Assembly: GCA_903850915.1 (NCBI GenBank)
Contig: CAINMV010000010.1
Location: 980 to 64,979, forward strand
Reading direction: 5' to 3'
Origin: an uncultured Bacteroidota bacterium
GTDB lineage: Bacteria; Bacteroidota; Bacteroidia; UKL13-3
Length of the DNA stretch: 64,000 bases
The notes under the pieces are model-generated. The model was given only the letters and a program-made list of their open reading frames with translations, was not told where the DNA came from and did not search any database. Shown piece after piece: positions 40,987 to 50,970 of the stretch (within the stretch, counting starts at the first letter, position 1; each line of letters starts with the position of its first letter). A program made the position numbers and the translations under genes.

Positions 40987-41784
40987 TTAGTAGTTTTTAA
41001 CCAAAGAAGCTAATTCGTTTTTTAAGTTGCTATACTTTGTAATATCCGCTTTAATTGAGCCTACCGCCAAATCAGCTTGTATACGCAAAGGCAACAAATT
41101 AGCGTCATCTGATACCCATAGCGTCATTGCATCCTGATCTTTAAAAACACGATCAGCAATCACTTGCGGTCTAATTTTGATGGCCTTAAAATAACCAAGT
41201 TCTGTTTTTAAAATCTCTCTACCTATTATTTTCAAGGAGATCGTGGTTATCGATTTATCGAGATAAAATGTAATCGGGAAGGAGGCTCCTAATGCCGCAT
41301 TCCGAACATCAAGGCTACGGGCATAATAGATAAGGCTAATAATGTCTTGAGTGTATTCAGGCATCGAAATCAAACCTTTAGTAGAATTTGCAATCTTCTT
41401 TTCATGATCGAATATTGCAAGGTCATTATCGTTGAAACTTCCCTCATGTTGCACTTTAGAGTATTTAATTGGCGCAAGTGCCTCTATATCGACATACGAA
41501 TTATATTCATCGCGTACCTTAAAAAACCAATCAAAGCTAGTCGCTGACTTGCCTTTACCAATAATATGATAGACATCCCTTCCGCTTATTTTCTCTGTAA
41601 ATGGCAAAACCCGAATTGTTCCGAACCCAGCGGTTACTAGTCCATAATGCACTCTAAACTCTATCGTCTCGCCAGCTTTGAATGCTGTATTGTTAATTTT
41701 TCGATAACTGAAGTTGTGTGCTTTAAAGCTCAGCAAAACAATACCTAAAACCAGATAATTGAACACTGTATTAATTCCTTTCAT
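40987..41784 (-). CDS. DUF3108 protein
   Basis: FKAGETIEFRVHYG, FFKVRDEYNSY, LWVSDD.N.LP. Confidence 0.85.
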   Translation of the reverse strand: MKGINTVFNYLVLGIVLLSFKAHNFSYRKINNTAFKAGETIEFRVHYGLVTAGFGTIRVLPFTEKISGRDVYHIIGKGKSATSFDWFFKVRDEYNSYVDIEALAPIKYSKVQHEGSFNDNDLAIFDHEKKIANSTKGLISMPEYTQDIISLIYYARSLDVRNAALGASFPITFYLDKSITTISLKIIGREILKTELGYFKAIKIRPQVIADRVFKDQDAMTLWVSDDANLLPLRIQADLAVGSIKADITKYSNLKNELASLVKNY

Positions 41785-41811
41785 GGCAAAAATGTGTTTG
41801 GTATTTGATTA

Positions 41812-41827
41812 AACAAAACGCGTACCA
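41812..41827 (-). promoter_or_regulatory. Sigma54-like site upstream of DUF3108
   Basis: TGGTACGCGTTTTGTT (GG-N10-GT). Confidence 0.45.
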
Positions 41828-41936
41828 TTTTTTTTATTATGTTCTTTAAAAACCCAAAAAAAAGTTAAAATAAGACGCAAAAATCAAACAATTTACAACG
41901 TGTATATCCCTAGAAACAGAAATAATACGCAGAATA

Positions 41937-43112
41937 CTATACTACCTGAAGTACATAGAACTTTAAATACAGCGTTTCTTCTACACCCCAAATATATGGA
42001 TGATCATGACTTTGAATTCGATATTCCATTTGACGTATCTGAACTTTTGCATCCATCGAAGCCTCATAAAGCATATTAACAAAGTCGCCTTCACTAATAA
42101 AATGTGAGCACGTGCATGTTATAAGAAACCCTCCTTTATTAAGCAGTTTCATTGCCTTCAAATTAATTTCTTTATACCCTTTCAACGCATTTTCAATATT
42201 GCCTCGATTTTTGGTAAACGCCGGTGGATCAAGAATAATGGTATCAAACTTCTTATGTTGTCGAAAATAATCAGATAACGCGTCGAACGTATTTTGCGTT
42301 TCGAAGCTGCAGTTTTTAAATCCATTTAGTTCGGCATTGGCTTTGGCTTGTTTTATAGCATCCTCACTGATATCAAGCCCAAGCACATGTTTGGCCTTGT
42401 ATCTAGCAGCATAAAGGCTAAATGAGCCAGTATAACAAAAGCAATCTAGTACCTCACGATTCTCGACATACGGCTTAATACATTGCCTATTTGATTTTTG
42501 ATCTAGAAAGAAACCAGTTTTTTGACCTTGCGCAATATCAATCCAGAATTTCACTCCATCTGGCTCTTCAATTGCAAAACGAGTTTCGAAAGGGGCAGTT
42601 AAAAACCCTTGCTGTTGTTCAAGGCCCTCCAGGTTGCGCACAGGAACGTCATTACGTTCATAAATTCCGATAGGTAAAAACAGACGTTGTAATACACTCA
42701 CAATTTCTTTTTTCCAGAGTTCCATCCCTAAAGTTAGAATCTGCACTACCAATACATCACCAAATTTATCAACAACCAAGGAAGGCAAGCCATCGGATTC
42801 ACCAAAAACCACGCGATAGTTTTCTTTATAACCTAGGCCTTCGCGATATTCCTTCGCTTTGGATATTCTATCCCAAAAAAAGTGCTCATCGATTTCCTCA
42901 ACTGCATCGCGAGTAAGTAAGCGAATCCGAATCTGAGACTTACTATTATAATAACCTTTACCAATAAAAATATTTTTAAAGTTATAGACTTCTACAATTT
43001 CACCATCTTGAATTTGACGATCTATCGAATCCACCTCATTTCCAAAAATCCATGGATGTCCTGACTCTACACGATATCCTTTTCCACGTTGTAATTTTAC
43101 TAGTGCACTCAT
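41937..43112 (-). CDS. rlmI: RlmI-like SAM-dependent rRNA m5C methyltransferase
   Basis: GHPWIF PUA start, GQKTGFFLDQ, LDPPAF, TCTCS. Confidence 0.85.
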   Translation of the reverse strand: MSALVKLQRGKGYRVESGHPWIFGNEVDSIDRQIQDGEIVEVYNFKNIFIGKGYYNSKSQIRIRLLTRDAVEEIDEHFFWDRISKAKEYREGLGYKENYRVVFGESDGLPSLVVDKFGDVLVVQILTLGMELWKKEIVSVLQRLFLPIGIYERNDVPVRNLEGLEQQQGFLTAPFETRFAIEEPDGVKFWIDIAQGQKTGFFLDQKSNRQCIKPYVENREVLDCFCYTGSFSLYAARYKAKHVLGLDISEDAIKQAKANAELNGFKNCSFETQNTFDALSDYFRQHKKFDTIILDPPAFTKNRGNIENALKGYKEINLKAMKLLNKGGFLITCTCSHFISEGDFVNMLYEASMDAKVQIRQMEYRIQSHDHPYIWGVEETLYLKFYVLQVV

Positions 43113-43127
43113 ATTTACATTTCTTTT

Positions 43128-43628
43128 TTAGCCTTCTTTTTCAACCTTCTTTTTTATTGTCTTTTTGGGTTCCGGTTCTTCAACAAGCTTATCCAAATGG
43201 ATGTCAAAAAACAACACATCTGTATCCTTAATGATATCAACATTAATTTCAAAAATGCCAAGAATCTCCTCTGTACCTCTAATTGCATTTAGCATTGCCA
43301 TGGAATTCCATCGTATGCCTTCATCGCGCATGCGAACCTGAATTAAATAATCAAATTTCTTCAATCCTTTAACCAGTGTATTTTTATCCTCTTGCAATGC
43401 GATTAGATAGAATTCAGGATGGTTTTCAAATTGCTGATAATGGTAAAGCGCGAATCCATTTTTCGATACTTTAGATTCTGCAATTAAGTTCTTAAGCCTT
43501 TTAAGAGCCCAGTCGCACTCCTGATTAATTCGATAAGCCAGGCGATGTGGCGTAAGTTGAGATGTAATCGCCCAATGCATCGTTACCGGACTTTCGGTTT
43601 CGCTTAGCACCTTATTTTTCTTCGCCAT
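43128..43628 (-). CDS. IPExxxVDY-like protein
   Basis: HRLAYRIN, LVKGLKKFDYLI. Confidence 0.6.
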   Translation of the reverse strand: MAKKNKVLSETESPVTMHWAITSQLTPHRLAYRINQECDWALKRLKNLIAESKVSKNGFALYHYQQFENHPEFYLIALQEDKNTLVKGLKKFDYLIQVRMRDEGIRWNSMAMLNAIRGTEEILGIFEINVDIIKDTDVLFFDIHLDKLVEEPEPKKTIKKKVEKEG

Positions 43629-43739
43629 AATAATGCAAAGAAACTAAGCAATATTTTATTAAACGAAATTATTTAATAGAAATTAAAGTTAATGATGAAA
43701 CTTTAAATTCAGATATTCCTTTCTATGTATTTTTGATGC

Positions 43740-44396
43740 ATGAAAATAATTGTTACGGGGGCAACCGGTACTGCCGGATCTGAATTAATACGTCAGGCTA
43801 TCAACGATCCTGAGATAGAACTTGTTACTGCCATAGCGCGAAATGTGATAGGTTTTAAACATCCCAAATTGAGAGAAATACAACATACTGACTTTCGCGA
43901 TTATTCATCATTACATGCTGAATTTAAAAATCATGATGCTGTTTTTTGGTGTTTGGGAATTTCACAATCGCAAGTAAGCACTAAAAAATATGAGGAGATT
44001 ACCTATAGCTTTACCATTGCCGCTGCAAATGCAATGCTCACATCCAATCCTTCAAGCTCATTTCTATTTTTAAGTGGCGCTGGTGCCGATACGTCAGAAA
44101 AAAGCAAAACTACCTTTGCAAGAATAAAAGGAAAAACAGAAAATGCGTTAAAGAGCATAACTTCATTAAAACTTTATATTCTTCGGCCTGCCGGTATCAA
44201 GCCTGTGAACAAAAACCCGAAGTTACCACTTTTGTACAAGCTTTTTCTACCGCTTTTCCCATTACTAGAAATACTAGCACCATCATTTGTAATACCTTCA
44301 GATGTGCTCGGAAGAGCGATGCTAAAAATAGTTAAAAACGCAACCGATAAAATACTATTCGAAAACCCAGAATTAAAAATGCTAGGAAAAGAGTAG
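43740..44396 (+). CDS. NAD(P)-binding atypical SDR/epimerase-like protein
   Basis: TGATGTAG, WCLG, ARIKGKTEN, LRPAGI. Confidence 0.88.
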   Translation: MKIIVTGATGTAGSELIRQAINDPEIELVTAIARNVIGFKHPKLREIQHTDFRDYSSLHAEFKNHDAVFWCLGISQSQVSTKKYEEITYSFTIAAANAMLTSNPSSSFLFLSGAGADTSEKSKTTFARIKGKTENALKSITSLKLYILRPAGIKPVNKNPKLPLLYKLFLPLFPLLEILAPSFVIPSDVLGRAMLKIVKNATDKILFENPELKMLGKE

Positions 44397-44631
44397 CATA
44401 AATTTTGCGTTATCTCTCCTTAGGCGATTCCAATATTACAGTTCAATATGATATATATCAAACATTTGTAAAATAATAACAAAACAATTTGTTTTTCGCC
44501 TGTTAATAGGTAAAATTGCATTATAGCTTACCTTTGAAGAAAACCTGGATTACTTTCAATTTGCGAAATTATTTTCTTTCTGCAATCTAGATTGTCTTCA
44601 TGTAAAAACAATAAAATAACAAAGACGCGAA

Positions 44632-47244
44632 ATGAGTGAAATAAATTATAAATTAAAGGACATCAAAATATATGGTTCCAACGAATGGTTGGCCAACGAC
44701 GAGAAGAAGTATCGTGTTGTTTTCGACGAAACAGAATGCTCCTTTATTTACTGTGAGCTTTCCTTCTTTAATAAACTATTTGATGAAAAAGATTGGGACA
44801 TAAAAATCAATCTTAAATGTTATGACAGCAAGAGCACAGAAATGTGTGACTTGCAGGTTCAGAAGCATATCTCTAAAGATGAGAATGTTGTGTTTGTTCG
44901 CGAAGGCTGGGGCGTAAAGAAGATAGGTGGTTATTGGAAACGGGGAGCCTATCGTTGGGAAGCATGGATGGACGGCATCTTAATTGGATCGAAATCATTT
45001 TATGTTGAAAAAGAAGGTGTTGTAAATGAGCTCATTAATCCATATTTTAAAATAAAAAGCATTCGACTTTACGAGGGCCCAAATCAAAATGTAGATGAAT
45101 CTAAACGTGTTTACTATGATTGCTTTAACCAAGCTGAAACTAGGTATATATGGGTTGAATTTCAAGCAGAAAACCTTGTAAAAAAATATGACTATTGGGC
45201 ATGTGAGCTTTTCTTTAATTTCAAAAATGATAACGGACAATTAAAAGGAGGCGTTGAACGCTTGCTTTTCGTGTATAAAAATGATGATACTATTACATGC
45301 ACCGTTGGATGGGGAAGCGACCATAAAGGAACCTGGGGTGGAGACCAATATAGTATTGAAGTTTTATTCATGGATCAGATTGTTGCAGGCTACCATTTCG
45401 ATATCGGCGAGGATTTTATTGAAGCCGACGAAGATAGTTTTGAACCGTATGTGCAGCAATTACTAGCCACAGAAACAACTTCGGAAGCAGAGCCAACAGC
45501 TCCTGAAAACATGGATGTGGTAATGCAAAAAATGGATGAACTTATTGGCTTATCCACTATAAAAGCAAAAATAAAAGAATACAGCAGCTACCTTAACTTC
45601 TTAAAAGTACGTAAGGAGAAAGGGTTTGAAGATGAAGATAAAATAAACCTGCATTCTGTATTTACAGGAAATCCAGGAACAGGAAAAACTACAGTAGCCT
45701 TGATGCTCGGAAAGATATATAAAAACCTAGGACTTTTAAGTAAAGGCCATGTTCATGAAGTAGATCGTGCAGATTTAGTGGCTGAATACATTGGACAAAC
45801 AGCACCAAAAGTGAAGGAAGCGATTAAAAAAGCAAAAGGAGGCATTTTGTTTATTGATGAGGCTTATGCTTTGGCTCGTGCTGGCGACGACAATAAGGAC
45901 TTTGGAAAAGAAGTAATAGAAATAATCATTAAAGAAATGAGTGATGGTGATGGAGATATTGCGATTATCGTTGCGGGCTATCCTGATGAAATGACAAATT
46001 TCTTAGGCTCAAATCCAGGTTTAAAGTCGCGTTTTAATATGTACTTCGAATTCCCTGATTACTTGCCACAAGAACTGCGAGAAATTGCCAAGTTTTGTTG
46101 TAAGAAGAGAAATATTGTTCTTACTCCTGAAGCAGAGTCTCAATTATATAAAAAGCTTGTCGATGCTTATCGATCGCGCACGCACACCTTTGGAAATGCG
46201 CGTTATGTAAATTCAATTATTGATGATGCAAAAATGAATTTGGGCTTACGTGTTATGGCTTTGCCCAACAGTGAAGAGATAACCAAAGATCAACTTATGA
46301 CTGTGGAATTACCGGATATTGAGAAGATTTTCGCCTCCAAACAGCGCACTATGGCAGACATACCTCTCGACGAAGAACTTCTTAATGAATCATTAAAAGA
46401 GCTTCGCGAAATGATTGGCTTAATATCAGTAAAAAAAGAAATTGATGAGTTGGTGAATCTCGTAAAATACTATCGTGAAATAGGTAAAGATGTGCGAGAA
46501 ACATTTTCATTGCACACGGTATTCAAAGGCAGTCCAGGAACTGGAAAAACAACCGTAGCAAGAATTGTAGCCCAGATTTTCAAAGCACTTGGCATCCTTG
46601 AAAAAGGAAATCTAGTTGAAACAGACCGTCAGGGCTTAGTAGCAAATTATGTAGGTCAAACGGCAACCAAAACAAGTGAAATGATAGACAAAGCTATGGG
46701 TGGTGTTTTGTTTATCGATGAAGCCTATGCCTTATCACAGGGCGGTGACAGCGACTTTGGAAGAGAGGCCATAGAAACACTTCTAAAAAGAATGGAAGAC
46801 CGTCGTGGCCACTTCATTGTAATTGCTGCTGGATATACCGATAATATGAATGAATTCTTGGAATTCAATCCTGGTTTAAAGTCCAGGTTTGATAGAGAGT
46901 TAATTTTTGAAGATTTTAGTCCAGAGGAGCTAATGCAAATCGCGCATCATATCCTTACTGATCAAAGCATAAATGCGCATCAAGATGCTGAAGGACATTT
47001 GAAAAAATACTTCACACACCTCTTCAATACAAAAAGTAAATTCTTTGGAAATGGTCGTATGGTGCGCAAGGTAGTTGAAGATGCCATCAAGCACCAAAAC
47101 CTTAGGCTGTCACAACTTCCAAGCGATCAACGAAGTGTTGAGATGATGAAGGAGCTCACATTCGAAGATGTTAAACACTTGAGTTTAGAAGAAGAACAGG
47201 CCACAAATAAAGGAAGCAGGATTGGTTTTCGTGTGGTTGGTTGA
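44632..47244 (+). CDS. Tandem AAA+ ATPase of the SpoVK/CbbX/EccA type with a duplicated N-terminal domain
   Basis: Two modules: GNPGTGKT/GSPGTGKT, LFIDEAY twice, NPGLKSRF twice; RIGF tail; TACCTTTG at 44529-44536. Confidence 0.9.
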   Translation: MSEINYKLKDIKIYGSNEWLANDEKKYRVVFDETECSFIYCELSFFNKLFDEKDWDIKINLKCYDSKSTEMCDLQVQKHISKDENVVFVREGWGVKKIGGYWKRGAYRWEAWMDGILIGSKSFYVEKEGVVNELINPYFKIKSIRLYEGPNQNVDESKRVYYDCFNQAETRYIWVEFQAENLVKKYDYWACELFFNFKNDNGQLKGGVERLLFVYKNDDTITCTVGWGSDHKGTWGGDQYSIEVLFMDQIVAGYHFDIGEDFIEADEDSFEPYVQQLLATETTSEAEPTAPENMDVVMQKMDELIGLSTIKAKIKEYSSYLNFLKVRKEKGFEDEDKINLHSVFTGNPGTGKTTVALMLGKIYKNLGLLSKGHVHEVDRADLVAEYIGQTAPKVKEAIKKAKGGILFIDEAYALARAGDDNKDFGKEVIEIIIKEMSDGDGDIAIIVAGYPDEMTNFLGSNPGLKSRFNMYFEFPDYLPQELREIAKFCCKKRNIVLTPEAESQLYKKLVDAYRSRTHTFGNARYVNSIIDDAKMNLGLRVMALPNSEEITKDQLMTVELPDIEKIFASKQRTMADIPLDEELLNESLKELREMIGLISVKKEIDELVNLVKYYREIGKDVRETFSLHTVFKGSPGTGKTTVARIVAQIFKALGILEKGNLVETDRQGLVANYVGQTATKTSEMIDKAMGGVLFIDEAYALSQGGDSDFGREAIETLLKRMEDRRGHFIVIAAGYTDNMNEFLEFNPGLKSRFDRELIFEDFSPEELMQIAHHILTDQSINAHQDAEGHLKKYFTHLFNTKSKFFGNGRMVRKVVEDAIKHQNLRLSQLPSDQRSVEMMKELTFEDVKHLSLEEEQATNKGSRIGFRVVG

Positions 47245-47278
47245 TAGATATTAGAATATCAAATCCGACTAAAGAATT

Positions 47279-47638
47279 CTAATAATTGCCGATACTCAAC
47301 ATTACAAGCGTGCAGGCTTGAACGGTTTGAATTTTATTTGCATTAAGCATGGCTTCAAACGTTGGATTTTCAGTTCCTGGATTAAACACCACACGGCGAG
47401 GATTAAGGCGAATTATGCCTGCATAAAACCCTTCTTGAATTTTCGAGTTAACATATAACGCAACCGTATCAACATTGCCGAACTCGGGCAACGACTTTTC
47501 AAACTTAACACCAAGGAGTTCTCCTTCCTTGCTACTTATAGCTACTACATCATGCCCATGGGCCTTTAGGCTCACTATAGCCTTGTATGAATAACGTTCG
47601 GGGTTGGTGCTTGCTCCAAGTACTAGTGTGGTTGGCAT
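47279..47638 (-). CDS. CoA-binding protein (YccU-like)
   Basis: VLGASTNPERYS, FNPGTEN, ACTLVML. Confidence 0.9.
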   Translation of the reverse strand: MPTTLVLGASTNPERYSYKAIVSLKAHGHDVVAISSKEGELLGVKFEKSLPEFGNVDTVALYVNSKIQEGFYAGIIRLNPRRVVFNPGTENPTFEAMLNANKIQTVQACTLVMLSIGNY

Positions 47639-47734
47639 TTCTTTATTGTTTCCGCAAAAATATGGTTTTAGATTAGCATCTTTATATCCGCGCTTTTTTG
47701 CTAAATTCGCCCCCTCAAAAAAATCAAGTTTATC

Positions 47735-49546
47735 ATGGATAAAACCGCAAAGACGGGCTTATTACTCATTGGATTATTATTACTCGTTTACTTTTTTGTA
47801 ACCAACCCATCTCGCCAAGATGTAGAAAAGTATAACTCCACAAAAGACTCATTAGCTTTAGTTAATAGGATTCAAGATTCATTAAAAGGAATTGCACCAG
47901 AGGCAGTAAAATCTTCTGATAGCGCTCAAACAATCCAGAAAGACTCCGTAAAAGCAGCACAACTTGGAAATTTCGGCAAACTAGCCCAAGGGATAAACGA
48001 GGAGTGTGTTCTTGAAAATGATGTCATTAAAATTATTTTAAATACCAAAGGCGGTAATATCCGAAGCGTTCAACTAAAAAAATTCTTGCGCGCTGATGGC
48101 ACCGATTTAATCTTACTAGAAAGCGACTTTAATAAGTTTAACATTTCTTTTCCAACAAAGCAGGCACAAACTATAAACACGAATGACCTTTATTTCACTG
48201 CGCCTGTAAAACAAGGAGATAACATTACGCTTACTGCCGCCTTAGACGATAACACTGCATTGATTCAGCATTATAGCCTAAAGCCGGGTAGCTATTTGGT
48301 TGGCTACGACTTGAAGTTTAAAGGGATGAATTCGGTTATTAATTCCCAATCGTTGCAAATTGATTGGAGTGCACGTATCCCAAAACAAGAAAAGGCATTA
48401 ACTCAAGAAATGCAAACCACAACTGTTTGGTATAAACAACCGGATGTGGAGGCCGATAACATTTCAGAGAGCAAAGAAGTGACTGAAGAGTTCCCCTACA
48501 ACCTGCGTTGGATTTCTTTCAAACAAAACTTCTTTAACTCTACATTAATTTGCGAAAAATCGTTTACTAACTCTAGGGTATCGGTGAAAAACATCAACAT
48601 GGGAAACTATGTTAAGGAGCTATCAACTACGGCATATTTACCTTATAATGCGGCAAACACTGACAACGATTATGCTTTGCAATTTTATTTCGGACCAAAC
48701 GACTATAACATCTTAAAAACCCCAGATATTGGTTTAGAGAAAATGGTAAAAGTAGGATGGGGGATATTTGGTTGGGTAAATAAATTCGTTACTATTCCAA
48801 TTTTTAATTTCCTTAGTGGCTTTATGAATAATTTTGGAATTATCATCTTACTGATGACCTTAATTATCAAGCTTGCATTATTTCCAATGGTCTATGGATC
48901 TTACAAGTCAATGGCAAAAATGAAGGTTTTAAAACCAGATATCGACCTGTTAAATGAGAAATTTAAAGATGACATGCAACGTCGTCAGCAAGAGACCATG
49001 AAGCTTTACAAGAAGGCTGGTGTGAGTCCGTTAGGTGGATGCCTTCCGATGCTGTTACAACTTCCATTTTTGATGGCGATGTTTCAATTTTTTCCTTCTT
49101 GTATTGATTTACGCCAAAAAACATTTTTGTGGTGTGCCGACTTATCGACCTATGATTCGATATTGAATTTTGGATTTAATGTTCCTTTTTATGGGGACCA
49201 TATGAGCTTGTGGACCATTTTGATGACCTTGGTAACCTTGGCGATGACAATTTGGAGTAATCAATTTAGCACACAACCAAAAGAGTACAAGTGGATCGGA
49301 TACATTATGCCGATTGTATTCCTAGGCGTGTTCAACAACTATTCTGCTGGATTTTCTTATTATTCTACCATTGCTACTGCCATGACTTTAGGACAACAAT
49401 TAATTGCACGTAAATTAGTGGATGACAAAAAGTTAATTGCTCAAATTGAAGCTAATAAGATCCGCCCGGAAAGCCAAACAAAATCAGCATTTCAACGACG
49501 ACTTGATGAGGCAATGAAGCAACAGCAGTCAAAAAAGAAAAAATAA
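47735..49546 (+). CDS. yidC: Membrane protein insertase
   Basis: YFGP, GCLPMLLQLP, LW..DLS..D. Confidence 0.96.
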   Translation: MDKTAKTGLLLIGLLLLVYFFVTNPSRQDVEKYNSTKDSLALVNRIQDSLKGIAPEAVKSSDSAQTIQKDSVKAAQLGNFGKLAQGINEECVLENDVIKIILNTKGGNIRSVQLKKFLRADGTDLILLESDFNKFNISFPTKQAQTINTNDLYFTAPVKQGDNITLTAALDDNTALIQHYSLKPGSYLVGYDLKFKGMNSVINSQSLQIDWSARIPKQEKALTQEMQTTTVWYKQPDVEADNISESKEVTEEFPYNLRWISFKQNFFNSTLICEKSFTNSRVSVKNINMGNYVKELSTTAYLPYNAANTDNDYALQFYFGPNDYNILKTPDIGLEKMVKVGWGIFGWVNKFVTIPIFNFLSGFMNNFGIIILLMTLIIKLALFPMVYGSYKSMAKMKVLKPDIDLLNEKFKDDMQRRQQETMKLYKKAGVSPLGGCLPMLLQLPFLMAMFQFFPSCIDLRQKTFLWCADLSTYDSILNFGFNVPFYGDHMSLWTILMTLVTLAMTIWSNQFSTQPKEYKWIGYIMPIVFLGVFNNYSAGFSYYSTIATAMTLGQQLIARKLVDDKKLIAQIEANKIRPESQTKSAFQRRLDEAMKQQQSKKKK

Positions 49547-49588
49547 CCGAGATTCACGCTCCGCTTTTTTATGCAATAGACTTGCAAA

Positions 49589-50215
49589 CTAATTTTCATT
49601 TAAAGCTTCGAGATGCAATGTGTTGCAGGCCTCAATCATGGTAAACTTACCTTCTTTATATCTAATTATGTATAGGCATAAATTCGTGTGGTTAAACTCG
49701 TCCATCTGATGGAGTGGTTGCTCTAGAAGCAAGCAAAGGAAGGCCCTAAGGTAACGCCCATGCGTAGCGATAAGTATATTTCTTGACGCAGTATCTTTCA
49801 ATATTTTCTTTAGTGCAATTTTTTGTCGCTCCTGCAATTGCAAAGGAGTTTCAGCATTCTTATACGCCAAATGTAAATTCCCTTTTTGCCATTCACTAAT
49901 AATATTTAGATAGCGATCGTGCATTTCCGGGGAGATTGCCACCCCTTCAAAATCACCCCAACTTATCTCATTTAACTCTGGGACTATCTCTAATGGAATA
50001 CCCTTCTTTATAAAGGAAGCAACACTTTGATGCGTTCTTTTTAGACCAGAAACATAGATTTTGTCAAACGGAAACGAGCTAAAATGGCTGTAAAAAGCAG
50101 CAGCTTGCATTCTGCCTTTTTCGTTTAGATCACTGTCGATGCCACTACCTTGCACCATACCCGATTTATTAAAATCGGTTTCACCATGCCTTATTATATA
50201 AAAATTTTGCTCCAT
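49589..50215 (-). CDS. Histidine phosphatase family protein
   Basis: RHGET, LNEISWG..EG, THG. Confidence 0.92.
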   Translation of the reverse strand: MEQNFYIIRHGETDFNKSGMVQGSGIDSDLNEKGRMQAAAFYSHFSSFPFDKIYVSGLKRTHQSVASFIKKGIPLEIVPELNEISWGDFEGVAISPEMHDRYLNIISEWQKGNLHLAYKNAETPLQLQERQKIALKKILKDTASRNILIATHGRYLRAFLCLLLEQPLHQMDEFNHTNLCLYIIRYKEGKFTMIEACNTLHLEALNEN

Positions 50216-50319
50216 GTTTATTTGATATAAAATCGCAACGCATTGATTTTTAATTATTTATTTACAGTAGATTAATTGCTTAATCGTACCTTAGTGGCCA
50301 CAAATTAAGTCAAATAAAT

Positions 50320-50829
50320 TTGAAGCAGGCAGAAGAATTGAGTGATTGGTATGCATTTTATACCTTCCCAAGAGCAGAAAAGAAAGTCGCAGAGCTGCTA
50401 GGGAAGCATAATCATGAATATTATCTGCCACTCATTAAGACATTAAAACAGTGGAGTGATAGAAAAAAAATAGTCATAGAGCCTGTCTTTAAAAGTTATA
50501 TTTTTGTTAATATAAAAGAGCACTTCATAAAAAATATTTTACCACTTGAGGGGATATTAAAGGTGGTGCATTTCGGTGGAATAGCACAAAAAATCCCATC
50601 AACTGAACTCAATTATTTGAGGCTTCTTCTAGAGTATCCTGATGAAATAGAAATTCAAAATCACCTTCAAGAAGGCGATAGAGTGCGCGTCATACAAGGG
50701 CCTTTAGCTGGTGCCTTTGGATTTTTAAGCCATCAAAACAAGAAAAATTTCAGCATCAACATTGACATTATTGGCCAAAGTATTGCAGTACAAATCAAAA
50801 GTGCCTATTTGGAAAAATTAACGAATTAA
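50320..50829 (+). CDS. upxY: UpxY/NusG-paralog transcription antiterminator
   Basis: WYAFYT.PRAEKK, WSDRKK...P.FKSYIFV, KOW motif GDRVRVIQGPLAG. Confidence 0.92.
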   Translation: MKQAEELSDWYAFYTFPRAEKKVAELLGKHNHEYYLPLIKTLKQWSDRKKIVIEPVFKSYIFVNIKEHFIKNILPLEGILKVVHFGGIAQKIPSTELNYLRLLLEYPDEIEIQNHLQEGDRVRVIQGPLAGAFGFLSHQNKKNFSINIDIIGQSIAVQIKSAYLEKLTN

Positions 50830-50832
50830 TCC

Positions 50833-50856
50833 GCAACCTTTTACCATTCATTGCGT
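50833..50856 (+). promoter_or_regulatory. Putative ECF-sigma promoter (AAC-N16-CGT) upstream of the adhesin
   Basis: GCAACCTTTTACCATTCATTGCGT. Confidence 0.45.
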
Positions 50857-50970
50857 ATTAGAGATAGGAGGATATTTCAAAGCTTGATTAAAATTACAGA
50901 GTTATTACCTACTAGGCTTTTTTTTATGGTTATTTAATCGGAAATTTGTTCGTTATTTCAGCCCAATAGA

